DNA from: an uncultured Methanosarcinales archaeon
GTDB lineage: Archaea; Nanobdellota; Nanobdellia; Woesearchaeales; UBA583
Length of the DNA: 64,000 nt
Assembly (NCBI GenBank): GCA_964429995.1
Contig: CAYSDY010000003.1
Coordinates: forward strand, 49,241 to 113,240
Direction: 5' to 3'
This document shows positions 37,194 through 46,360 of this stretch, in pieces (the first letter of the stretch is position 1; each line of letters begins with the position of its first letter). Under the pieces are notes generated by a model that saw only the letters and a list, made by a program, of their open reading frames with translations, was not told the DNA's origin and ran no database searches. Position numbers and translations under genes: made by a program.

Positions 37194-37438
37194 GAGAATT
37201 TTCAAAAACTCTAAAATTCTTAGAAGAGTGTTAGCAAAAAACCCTTATAAGCCCTAATTGAACAAGTTAAATTCCAAATTTATTCCTTTTAATACTCCAC
37301 TGATCTGCGGTGGAACACTCAATGGAATGAACAAAAATCGCAGTAAAAAAATTTGGGTGATAAATATCCCATTATTTATGGCAAGGATAACTCAAATTTT
37401 GTGATTTTTGTTTTATAGGTTTTTTGTAACCCTCTAAT
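37194..37438 (+). repeat. MITE-like repeat, copy 1 (full length)
   Basis: About 245 bp, collinear with 40918-41165 at high identity. It contains internal hairpins and inverted CAAAAAACC(C)TTAT / ATAGGTTTTTTG segments. It lies between the divergent fen and rfcL genes. Confidence 0.8.
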
Positions 37439-37527
37439 CAAAATATTTTGTTTGTTATTATAGAACTTTCTTATAAAACTGTAAAAACATAAAAATTTTT
37501 AAATAAGAAGGTACAAAATTGTTATAT

Positions 37528-38889
37528 ATGGATCTTACGTCTTTTGGTATTAAAAATAATGCTAATGTCATAAAAGAAATTAATGATGAAAAATTAAATA
37601 TTGACATTTTAAGAATAAAAGATGATTTTAAAACAGATGATTACAAATTTAAATTCCTACCATGGTTTTTGAAGTATCAGATAAAAGATTTTGATCAATT
37701 AATAATCTCTCCTCAAATAAGTAAGATTTTGGACTTTTTTAAATCAGATAATAAGCAAAAACCATTGTTTCTTTATGGAATGCCTGGATGTGGAAAGACC
37801 ACAACATTAACTCTTATAGCGAATCATTTTGGATTTGAAATTTTTGAAATGAATGCATCAGATAACAGAAGTAAAAATACAATATCACAAGAATTGGGAA
37901 ATGTAATAAAACAAAAATCACTTTTTGATAAACCCAAACTTATACTTATAGATGAAGTAGATGGAATTGATGGGACAAAAGATAGAGGAGGACTTGCTGA
38001 GATAATAAAACTTATAGGTGTTAGCAATTACAAAATTGTTTTTACTGCAAATGATATTGAAAGTGAAAAAATGAAACCTTTAGTTAAAGTATGTACACTT
38101 ATAAATCTTGAAAAGGATACTGATATTATATTAAGAGAACTTGCAAAAAAAATATTTAATGCAGAAAACATACTCTATGATGAAAAAAATGTTGATGAAT
38201 TTATAAAGAACAGAAATTTTAGCGATATAAGAGGATTCATAAATGATTTACAAACAGAAAGTATAAATGGCAAATTTACTCTCTCTTATAATTTGCAAAC
38301 AAGAAATTATAAAAATAGAATTGATGAACTTTTAAACACAATTTATTATTCTTATCCAGAGAATGCCATTAAAACATCTTTTAATTCTGATGTGAATCTT
38401 GATGATTTGTTTTTGTTCATAGAAGAGAATACACCACGTACATATGATCCTGTTTCAACTCATTTTGCGTTTGATTTTTTGTCAAAAGCCGATGTTTTTA
38501 GGGCAAGAATATTAAAATGGCAATATTGGAGATATTTGGTCTATGTTAATTTTTATCTGACATTTGCAGTAAGCCATGCTAAGAGTTGTGGAAGCGTAAA
38601 ACATGTACAAAACTTTGATAGAAATGCAAGAATATTGAAAAAATGGATATATGCAAATAAGACTGCAAGCCTTAAACCTAGAACAAAAATAGAAAAAAAT
38701 AATGAAGTAGAGCCTAAACTTGTAGAAAAAATAGCAAACAAATATTCGCACTCTGTATTAAAATTTTTTAAGGATGATCTTCCTTTTTTTATTTTTACAT
38801 ACAAAAACAATAAAGATTTTAGAGAACAAATTAATTTGCGTTTTGAAATAGATAAGAAGACACAAGAAGCACTAATTACCAATTATTAG
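37528..38889 (+). CDS. rfcL: replication factor C large subunit
   Basis: Walker A is YGMPGCGKTTT, with FEMNASDNRSK and Walker B ILIDEVDGI. The start is set at the first ATG. Confidence 0.85.
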   Translation: MDLTSFGIKNNANVIKEINDEKLNIDILRIKDDFKTDDYKFKFLPWFLKYQIKDFDQLIISPQISKILDFFKSDNKQKPLFLYGMPGCGKTTTLTLIANHFGFEIFEMNASDNRSKNTISQELGNVIKQKSLFDKPKLILIDEVDGIDGTKDRGGLAEIIKLIGVSNYKIVFTANDIESEKMKPLVKVCTLINLEKDTDIILRELAKKIFNAENILYDEKNVDEFIKNRNFSDIRGFINDLQTESINGKFTLSYNLQTRNYKNRIDELLNTIYYSYPENAIKTSFNSDVNLDDLFLFIEENTPRTYDPVSTHFAFDFLSKADVFRARILKWQYWRYLVYVNFYLTFAVSHAKSCGSVKHVQNFDRNARILKKWIYANKTASLKPRTKIEKNNEVEPKLVEKIANKYSHSVLKFFKDDLPFFIFTYKNNKDFREQINLRFEIDKKTQEALITNY

Positions 38890-38919
38890 GAATAAATATT
38901 TAAAAAAAGGATTTGTAAC

Positions 38920-40065
38920 ATGTTTATGATTACAGAAAAAAAACACGAAACAGTGATAATAAAAGACCCTTTGTATAAAATAATAGATATTGATGAAAAA
39001 CACTTAAAGTTTGTAGATTCTTATGCCTTTCAAAGACTAAGGCATATAAGGCAGAATAATTTTGTTGATTTGGTCTATCCTGGAGCAAGGCATACAAGAT
39101 TTGCACATTCTCTTGGGGTATATCATCTTATGGGAAAAATAGTTAACAATGGATTGATGAAAATATCTAAAAAAGAGAAAGATGATCTTGTTATTGCAGC
39201 ACTCTTTCATGATATAGGACATGGACCTTTTTCTCATCTTTGGGAAACTCTTTTTCCAAAATATAAGCACGAACAAATAAGCATTAAATTACTTGAAAAA
39301 TTTAAACTTGATGGTGCAATAAAAATACTTAAAGGAGAAAGTAAATATTCTGCATTACTTAATTCTACAATAGATGTTGATAAGCTTGATTATATGCTAA
39401 GAGATTCTTACTATGCTGCTGTAACCTATGGTAACATTGACACTTCTTTAATATTAAAGAATATGTATATAGGAGATGATGGGAAAATGTATGTTAACAA
39501 AAGAATTATATCATCCATTGAAGATCTTATAAGTCAGAGGATAAACCTGTTTAAATGTCTTTATATGCACAAGATATCTTTAGAATTTGAAATGATCTTT
39601 CAAAATATATTTAGAAGACTTAGAGAACTATATGAAAAAGATGGTGCAAAAAACATTGAAATAATAAGATTATTAAAAGATTATATGGATAACCCAGATG
39701 ATATAAATAATCTATTGAATCTTACAGATGATATAGTTATAACCCAGTTAAGGTTGTTTCAAAAATGCGATGATGAAATCTTAAGATTATTTTCTAATAT
39801 GTACTTTAGACGTGAAAAATTTAATGTTATAAATCTTAAGATAAAAAATGTTAATGTGGAAAAAATAAAGAAGGAAGTCTCTAAAAAATACGATTTAACA
39901 TATTTTTTTAAAGAAATTAAATATAAAATTAAAATTTTTGAAAATGATATATATGTTGATGAAGATGGAAAAAAAATAGAAGAATATTCAGATCTTCTTA
40001 ATTTTTATCGTAATAATTCATTTGAAGTCCATTATGTAATAATTCCAAAAGATATTAAATTTTAA
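38920..40065 (+). CDS. HD-domain dNTP triphosphohydrolase-like protein (COG1078/SAMHD1-like)
   Basis: FQRLRHIRQ, RFAHSLGVYHL, AALFHDIGHGPFSH and DVDKLDYMLRDSYY. Confidence 0.8.
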   Translation: MFMITEKKHETVIIKDPLYKIIDIDEKHLKFVDSYAFQRLRHIRQNNFVDLVYPGARHTRFAHSLGVYHLMGKIVNNGLMKISKKEKDDLVIAALFHDIGHGPFSHLWETLFPKYKHEQISIKLLEKFKLDGAIKILKGESKYSALLNSTIDVDKLDYMLRDSYYAAVTYGNIDTSLILKNMYIGDDGKMYVNKRIISSIEDLISQRINLFKCLYMHKISLEFEMIFQNIFRRLRELYEKDGAKNIEIIRLLKDYMDNPDDINNLLNLTDDIVITQLRLFQKCDDEILRLFSNMYFRREKFNVINLKIKNVNVEKIKKEVSKKYDLTYFFKEIKYKIKIFENDIYVDEDGKKIEEYSDLLNFYRNNSFEVHYVIIPKDIKF

Positions 40066-40185
40066 ATCATAATAACTCTTTTATAAACAATGATTATGCA
40101 TAAATTATGATTTTTTAAAATATATGTTTAAAATTCTACTCTTATCACTAGATAAATTTAAATATTGTTGTTTTTACTGTATACT

Positions 40186-40929
40186 ATGAACATAAATGTA
40201 TTTATAGCAACAATATACAATAAAAAGCACAATCAATTTGCAACAGCATATACAGGCTTTAAAGATAAAGAATTATTTATAGAAGAAAATGATATTTTAG
40301 ATACATCTAATAATCTGTCTGCAATATGTGTAACAATAACTAAAGCTATTGAAAAAATAAATAATGATAATAATTATAAAATTAATTTTTTTTTGGATAA
40401 TGAAATCGCTATCAAAATACTAAATAAACAGATAAAGCCAAAGGCTGATGAAAATCAAAAACACATTGATACTATAAATGGATATTCTAATGTTTTTTTC
40501 CATCTTATAAGAATCCAAGATAACGAAAAAACAATAAGACTAGCTAAAGAAGTCTTTTCAAATTCAAAAAACCTTATTTGTGAGAAACTTTTTTTTGGAA
40601 GCATTAATTGCCTTAAAGTGCAATTGTCTATCAATCTTGAAATCTATTTTCATATAGGGCTAAAAGAAGCAAATAAATGGATATGGAACAAAGTAAAAAT
40701 GTCTGAGAATGAAATAGGTGAAATCATACACATATTAAAAAAAGATGAAGGAAAAGCTTCATTTTTTCACAAATATGAAAATAATAATACTCAAATCTGG
40801 TGTAATAAATCTGATGATAAATTTACAATAAAAATAAATAAAATATCAAAATCACTTGCAAAAGGAGAATTTGAGGTTTTAAGAATAACACTTGAAACTT
40901 TTATTGCAAGATCTATTGAGAATTTTTAA
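40186..40929 (+). CDS. hypothetical protein, N-terminal RNase H-like fold with degenerate catalytic residues (tentative)
   Basis: The spacing of SNNLSAICVTITKAIE, FFLDNEIAIKIL and VFFHLIRIQDNEKTIRLAKE resembles RNase HI blocks, but most acidic residues are replaced. The last 4 codons and the stop lie inside MITE copy 2. Confidence 0.35.
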   Translation: MNINVFIATIYNKKHNQFATAYTGFKDKELFIEENDILDTSNNLSAICVTITKAIEKINNDNNYKINFFLDNEIAIKILNKQIKPKADENQKHIDTINGYSNVFFHLIRIQDNEKTIRLAKEVFSNSKNLICEKLFFGSINCLKVQLSINLEIYFHIGLKEANKWIWNKVKMSENEIGEIIHILKKDEGKASFFHKYENNNTQIWCNKSDDKFTIKINKISKSLAKGEFEVLRITLETFIARSIENF

Positions 40930-41165
40930 AAAACCCAAAAAATTCCCAGAAGAGTGTTATCAAAAAACTCTTATAAGCCCTAATTGAACAAGTTCAATTC
41001 CAAACTTATTCCTTTGAATACTCCACTGATCTGCGGTGGAACACTCAAAGGAATGATCAAAAATCGCAGTAAAAAAAATTGAGTGATAAATGTACATCAT
41101 TTATGGTGGGGATAACTCAAATTTTGTGATTTTTGTTTTATATGTTTTTTACAACCCTCTATTCT
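40918..41165 (+). repeat. MITE-like repeat, copy 2 (full length)
   Basis: Collinear with 37194-37438. It has an 18-bp hairpin (41009-41026 / 41036-41053). Confidence 0.8.
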
Positions 41166-41575
41166 AAATTGATGTATCTTTCCTTTTTTTTGTTATTATC
41201 TTTTGCTTTAACATCTTTTTCTTGTAAAACTCCAACCTTTAAACTGTTTTTTTTTGATGGACCTATTTGTCTTAATGTTGTTTTAAGCCCCATTTTTTTT
41301 TCGTTTTTGTATCTTTTTCGTTTTATAGTTTCTATTCTATCACTTATGGTGTTTACTAATTCATTTCTTTTTAAAACCACAAAAAGACCTACACCAAATG
41401 AAACTATTGATGTAATTATTATGTTTACTATGTCTGAAAAGAGAATAAGACATACAAAATATGTAAAAACTATTATAAATATACTTAAAAAATAAACTAA
41501 AAGATGTAATTTTTTGTAATGTTTATTATCTATTAAAAAATTTGCATTTTTGTTTCTTTTAGCTTTTTTGCTCAT
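41159..41575 (-). CDS. small basic membrane protein, hypothetical
   Basis: 138 aa with Lys-rich termini and two central hydrophobic helices. It is preferred over the overlapping Phe-rich plus-strand ORF 41133..41495, which looks like the antisense of a Lys-rich gene. Confidence 0.5.
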   Translation of the reverse strand: MSKKAKRNKNANFLIDNKHYKKLHLLVYFLSIFIIVFTYFVCLILFSDIVNIIITSIVSFGVGLFVVLKRNELVNTISDRIETIKRKRYKNEKKMGLKTTLRQIGPSKKNSLKVGVLQEKDVKAKDNNKKKERYINLE

Positions 41576-41652
41576 CTTATATTGCAGAATGTTTTTATTT
41601 TTTTAAATATTTCGTATTTTTTAATTAAAATCAAAAAAAATATATAATACAT

Positions 41653-43284
41653 TTAGTTTATTGCATAACGAATGATTACAAGACCTGAACCACCCAAACC
41701 ACCTTTTGGATTTCCTGCTCCACCGCCACCACCAGTATTTGCTAAGCCATTAGTTCCTATTCCTGAATATGAACCACGTGTCTGACCAGCACCGCCACCA
41801 CCTTTACCTCCTAACCAATCACCATTTCCCTCTGGACCCCAATGACATGCTCCACTTCCACCGCCACCAAGCCAAATTTGCCCTTCAGAACTTTCTCCTA
41901 TTCCAAAAACATCTAATTTAAAATCAGTTTTGAAATTTAAATTATTTTTTGAATAAAGTCCATCCCCACCACGTCCAGGAGGACCCCATGCACCTGTTCC
42001 TGAATCTTTACCAGGCTCTCCAGCACCACCACCTCCTCCTCCTTGAACACCTAAACCATATGTATAATATCCACGACCTCCTTTATGACCTTGATCTGTT
42101 GTTATATTCTCTCCACCTGCTGTCCATCCAGTACTTGTTCTTCCATGACTTCCACCACCACCAGAAGCTCCAGGTCCTCCTTTGGCATTGATTGTATCAT
42201 AGAAAACATCTCTTACTCCACCATGACCACCACCAATTGCAGTTAAATCATCAAACATTGAGTTGAAACCATTTGTGCTTATAGTATCCCAACCTATTGC
42301 ACCCAACCCACCTGCTCCTACAATTATTGTTTTTGTGCCTATTGAAAGATTTTTAGAACCTGCCAATATTCCTCCAGCTCCGCCACCTGAACCAAATGCT
42401 CCAGCTCCTCCACCACCTGCAACTATTAAATATTCTACCTGTAAATCGTTTTTAAGAACTGTAATGTTATACTCTCCTACATTTTTAAAAATATGAAATC
42501 TATATAAGACATCTTCTATTAGTATATCCTGTGTTTCTCCTGTTCCTGAAACTAATTGTTCTAAACAATTTGTGTATGTATAACTACCATTTAGAACGCC
42601 ATTGTTACATGTTCGTGTCTCATTAATACATCCATCTTCATCAAAACTTTTAAAATAGAAAATCTGACTTGTATTATGTTCAAGTGTCTGACCTCCTATA
42701 CTACAACTGTTATATGTATTACATGAATGATATTTGTAAGTATCACTGTGTTCTAAAACTCCATTATCACAAAATAAAACTGAAACTTCATTGCTACAAT
42801 TAAATGAAAAAATGTTTTGGTAAAATGAATAATTTTCACCATGTTCTAAACTTATGCCATCAAGTGTACAACCATGTTGAATTGTTGGATATTTATTTAA
42901 TTCTTTTATGTATATATTCTTGCTTAATACCTGATTGTCTGATACCAAACTTACTGAGGGGTTTGATCGTGTTAAATTATTAAGGCATGTGCTTATGTCT
43001 ATCTCATTTATACCTGCTGTAAGATTTAAATCTAAAGAACATATATTATTGTCTAATTTTATGCTTTTTATTGTGGTGTTCTCATTGCTTTTTACATAGA
43101 GAACCGAGCCTGCTATGGTTTCTATTGTTAATGGATTGCTTTGCTTAATAGTTGACTCTATTTTGGTATTAAGATTGCTTTCATAGGAACTGTACCAAGA
43201 TAAAAAACTTGTAACTGAAATTGTTGTTACAACAAGTATTAAAATTACTGATATGATTGGACTGATACACAGTTTGGATTTCAT
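41653..43284 (-). CDS. archaeal type IV pilin-like N-terminus / Cys-repeat / glycine-rich-domain surface protein, paralog 1
   Basis: MKSKLC-ISPIISVILILVVTTISV is class III signal peptide-like and matches the A-V-S-P-V-I-G...hydrophobic pattern of archaeal pilins. There are two Cys modules (C.LDG..LEHG....C.....C.NGVL.......Y...C). The Gly-rich domain starts at EYLIVAGGGGAGAFGSGGGAGG and ends at GGSGLVIIRYAIN. The start is set at the ATG 26 nt downstream of the TATA box; an upstream in-frame ATG exists at 43299. Confidence 0.75.
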   Translation of the reverse strand: MKSKLCISPIISVILILVVTTISVTSFLSWYSSYESNLNTKIESTIKQSNPLTIETIAGSVLYVKSNENTTIKSIKLDNNICSLDLNLTAGINEIDISTCLNNLTRSNPSVSLVSDNQVLSKNIYIKELNKYPTIQHGCTLDGISLEHGENYSFYQNIFSFNCSNEVSVLFCDNGVLEHSDTYKYHSCNTYNSCSIGGQTLEHNTSQIFYFKSFDEDGCINETRTCNNGVLNGSYTYTNCLEQLVSGTGETQDILIEDVLYRFHIFKNVGEYNITVLKNDLQVEYLIVAGGGGAGAFGSGGGAGGILAGSKNLSIGTKTIIVGAGGLGAIGWDTISTNGFNSMFDDLTAIGGGHGGVRDVFYDTINAKGGPGASGGGGSHGRTSTGWTAGGENITTDQGHKGGRGYYTYGLGVQGGGGGGAGEPGKDSGTGAWGPPGRGGDGLYSKNNLNFKTDFKLDVFGIGESSEGQIWLGGGGSGACHWGPEGNGDWLGGKGGGGAGQTRGSYSGIGTNGLANTGGGGGAGNPKGGLGGSGLVIIRYAIN

Positions 43285-43389
43285 AAAATGTATTTGCATT
43301 ATGTGTTTTTATAATGTTTTGGTGTTTTGTTTAGTTACAAAAAAAATTAGTTTATTGCATAACGTATGATTACAACGCCTGAACCACCA
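42565..43389. repeat. 825-bp direct repeat, copy 1 (5' part of paralog 1 + promoter + last 14 codons of paralog 2)
   Basis: Collinear with 44241-45065 at a constant offset of 1676 nt. It is mostly identical, with differences clustered at 42969-43110. Confidence 0.85.
43306..43315 (-). promoter_or_regulatory. TATA box of pilin-like paralog 1
   Basis: The minus strand reads ATTATAAAAA, centred 26 nt upstream of the ATG at 43284. Confidence 0.5.
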
Positions 43390-44960
43390 TCGATTTCTCT
43401 TGGGCTATTTCCATAGCCACCACCACCGCCACCACCGCCTGTATTTGATTTTCCTGGTTCTGTGTTATGAGCATAACCTCCTGTTCCTCCTCTGCCACCA
43501 CCGCCAGATCCACCATAACCCCATTGATTTTGTGCTCCGTAATAGCCTCCACCAGGACCTCCGCCACCAGCAAACCAAACATCATTATTTATGACTTCTC
43601 CAATTGATAGTTCTATGGCTATGTCTTTGTTTATTATATTGGATATTTTGCCCTCACCTCCTCTTCCTAAAGGACCAGGACCTGTCCCTGCAGAACCTGC
43701 ACCACCACCAGCTCCTCCACCTGATGTTCCTCCATTACCATTACTTCCTGAATTTCCCTGCCCTGAAGTTCCTGAGCCTGGAGAACTTGATTGATGACCA
43801 GCTCCACCACCTGAACCGCCAGGTAAACCGTATCCGTATGGCCCATTGTAAGCATTTCCTCCATTACCACCACCATAAGCAATGATATGTTCTCCTATGT
43901 ATGAATTCTCTCCACTTGGAATTGGAGGTGATTGTAACATACCATATGTAGTCCCTCCTAAGCCGACCTTAACTTTAACAGTGCCAAGTGAAAGAGTGGT
44001 ATTTCCTTCTAAAAACCCACCTGCTCCTCCGCCACCACCGCCGCCACTGTTAACTCCTCCCCAGCCTCCCCAGTCTCCGCCGCCACCACCGCCGCCAACA
44101 ACCAAATATTCAATATCCAAATTGTTTTGCAAAACAGTAAAATCCTGTTCTTGTGGTGTAGTAAATAAGTGTATTCTGTATGTTATATCATTTATAGTAA
44201 GATCTCGAACATAATCACCACCTGTTGCTATATTCTCTACACAATTTGTATATGTATAACTACCATTTAGAACTCCATTATTACATGTTCGTGTCTCATT
44301 AATGCATCCATCTTCATCAAAACTTTTAAAATAGAAAATCTGACTTGTATTATGTTCAAGTGTCTGACCTCCTATACTACAACTGTTATATGTATTACAT
44401 GAATGATATTTGTAAGTATCACTGTGTTCTAAAACTCCATTATCACAAAATAAAACTGAAACTTCATTGCTACAATTAAATGAAAAAATGTTTTGGTAAA
44501 ATGAATAATTTTCACCATGTTCTAAACTTATGCCATCAAGTGTACAACCATGTTGAATTGTTGGATATTTATTTAATTCTTTTATGTATATATTCTTGCT
44601 TAATACCTGATTGTCTGATACCAAACTTACTGAGGGGTTTGATCTTGTTAGATTGTTAATACAGGTACTTATGTCTATCTCATTTATACCTGCTGTAAGA
44701 TTTAAATCTAAAGAACATATGTTATTATCTAATTTTATACTCTTTATTGTGGTATTCTCATTGCTTTTTACATATAGAACTGAACCTGCTATGGTTTCTA
44801 TTGTTAATGGATTGCTTTGCTTAATAGTTGACTCTATTTTGGTATTAAGATTGCTTTCATAGGAACTGTACCAAGATAAAAAACTTGTAACTGAAATTGT
44901 TGTTACAACAAGTATTAAAATTACTGATATGATTGGACTGATACACAGTTTGGATTTCAT
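43347..44960 (-). CDS. archaeal type IV pilin-like N-terminus / Cys-repeat / glycine-rich-domain surface protein, paralog 2
   Basis: The N-terminal roughly 240 aa are identical to paralog 1 except for one Leu/Ile change. It has a different Gly-rich C-terminal domain (EYLVVGGGGGGGDWGGWGG ... GGSGVVIIRYAIN). Confidence 0.75.
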   Translation of the reverse strand: MKSKLCISPIISVILILVVTTISVTSFLSWYSSYESNLNTKIESTIKQSNPLTIETIAGSVLYVKSNENTTIKSIKLDNNICSLDLNLTAGINEIDISTCINNLTRSNPSVSLVSDNQVLSKNIYIKELNKYPTIQHGCTLDGISLEHGENYSFYQNIFSFNCSNEVSVLFCDNGVLEHSDTYKYHSCNTYNSCSIGGQTLEHNTSQIFYFKSFDEDGCINETRTCNNGVLNGSYTYTNCVENIATGGDYVRDLTINDITYRIHLFTTPQEQDFTVLQNNLDIEYLVVGGGGGGGDWGGWGGVNSGGGGGGGAGGFLEGNTTLSLGTVKVKVGLGGTTYGMLQSPPIPSGENSYIGEHIIAYGGGNGGNAYNGPYGYGLPGGSGGGAGHQSSSPGSGTSGQGNSGSNGNGGTSGGGAGGGAGSAGTGPGPLGRGGEGKISNIINKDIAIELSIGEVINNDVWFAGGGGPGGGYYGAQNQWGYGGSGGGGRGGTGGYAHNTEPGKSNTGGGGGGGGYGNSPREIDGGSGVVIIRYAIN

Positions 44961-45065
44961 AAAATGTATTTGCATTATGTGTTTTTATAATGTTTTGGTG
45001 TTTTGTTTAGTTACAAAAAAAATTAGTTTATTGCATAACGTATGATTACAACGCCTGAACCACCT
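44241..45065. repeat. 825-bp direct repeat, copy 2
   Basis: See 42565-43389. It includes an identical 47-nt intergenic/promoter segment (44976-45022 = 43300-43346). Confidence 0.85.
44982..44991 (-). promoter_or_regulatory. TATA box of pilin-like paralog 2
   Basis: Identical sequence and spacing as at 43306-43315. Confidence 0.5.
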
Positions 45066-46271
45066 AAACCGCCTGCATTGTTATCTACATATTGATATGT
45101 GGTTGTGCCTCTTTCTGCTCCGCCACCGCCACTACCACCAGAAAATCCAAAATTATCATAGAAATGATCCACCACCGCCACCACCATAAGCTATTATTGA
45201 TCCTATTGATGAATCATTACCATTATTGCCTGGTTTAGAACGCCACATATAGTTATCATGATTTCCACCTGCTCCGCCTGTGCCACCTAAACCTACTGAT
45301 ATGCTTACATTTCCTTTACTAAGAACTGTGTTTGATTCTATAAAACCGCCTGCTCCTCCGCCTGCTCCTGTAAAGCACCCGCCACCACCGCCACCACCTG
45401 CAACAATTAAATAATCTATTTCTAAATTATCTTTAACAACTGTAAATGTACTATTGCCTGTTGTGCTAAAAATATGTGCACGATAATTTGTTTCACCAAT
45501 GCTAAAATCTTCTATATAATCTCCACCGAATGCTAACTCTGTACTACAACTTGTATAATTATAACTACCATTTAAAACTCCATTATTACATACTCTTGTT
45601 TCATTAACACATCCTGATACTGAAAATTCGCTTAGATAAAACAACATATTATTACCATTTAGAACTGTAGTCATATTGTCAATATAACAATCAGATGTAC
45701 ATGATCTATAAATGTATGAATCATTACCACTCAATATTCCATTGTTACATGTTCTTATGATAGAATCGCATGACCCATTAGTGCCATTTAGAGAATTGTA
45801 AAAAAAATCTGAAAGTCCATGTGTAACAACAAAACCATTTAAGACACAATTACTTTTTAAAGTATTTTTAACATAAATTTTTTTTTCTAATACTTCTTTG
45901 TCTGTTATTACGACAATTTCTGGATTTAAAGAGGTGATGTTTTTTAAACATTCATTTAAATCTATTTCAAAAATTGCTGTTGAATATGTTGCTTGGTCAA
46001 TATTACAGTTAATACCATCTATTTGAATTTGCTTAATAGTAACATTTGAACCACTATTTTTAATGTATAATGTGTTGCCAATAACTGTTTCTATTGTTGG
46101 CTTTGATTTTATTAATGAATTTTGTTCTGTAATGCTTAATATGTTTGAATAATAATCTGTAAACCAAATATTAAAAATAGTAACTGATAGTACCACAACA
46201 AAAACAAGTAGCATTAAGGCAATTATGTTAGAAATAGATTTGTTGTTATTTTTAATAGGTCTTTTTTTCAT
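45023..46271 (-). pseudogene. pilin-like / Cys-repeat / glycine-rich paralog 3, frameshifted near the 3' end
   Basis: The main frame 45156..46271 ends in AYGGGGGGSFL*. The family-typical C-terminus DHFYDNFGFSGGSGGGG...GGLGGSGVVIIRYAIN* is encoded at 45023-45169 in a different frame. The shift falls in the GGT/GGC run around 45165-45190. Confidence 0.6.
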
Positions 46272-46360
46272 GTCTTAAGTATTGTTGTATGACTTTATTA
46301 TAAAAGCTTTTTTATTACTTGATTAAACAATAAAAAATATGTTTTATGATAAATATCTTT

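Noticed and set aside
41133-41495. Phe/Leu-rich plus-strand ORF of 120 aa starting inside MITE copy 2.
   Set aside because: Its composition is what the antisense of a Lys/Asn-rich gene produces. The minus-strand ORF 41159..41575 looks more protein-like, though neither is strongly supported.
41949-44214. Pro/His/Leu-rich plus-strand ORFs (41949..42191, 42263..42496, 43400..43594, 43591..43794, 43604..43885, 43882..44214) and short minus-strand ORFs (43370..43585, 43667..43882).
   Set aside because: The plus-strand ORFs are antisense to the glycine-rich regions, and the minus-strand ones are out-of-frame readings of the same regions. GGN codons read on the opposite strand give NCC (Pro), so long open frames arise automatically. 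The pilin-like minus-strand frames have coherent domain structure and promoters.
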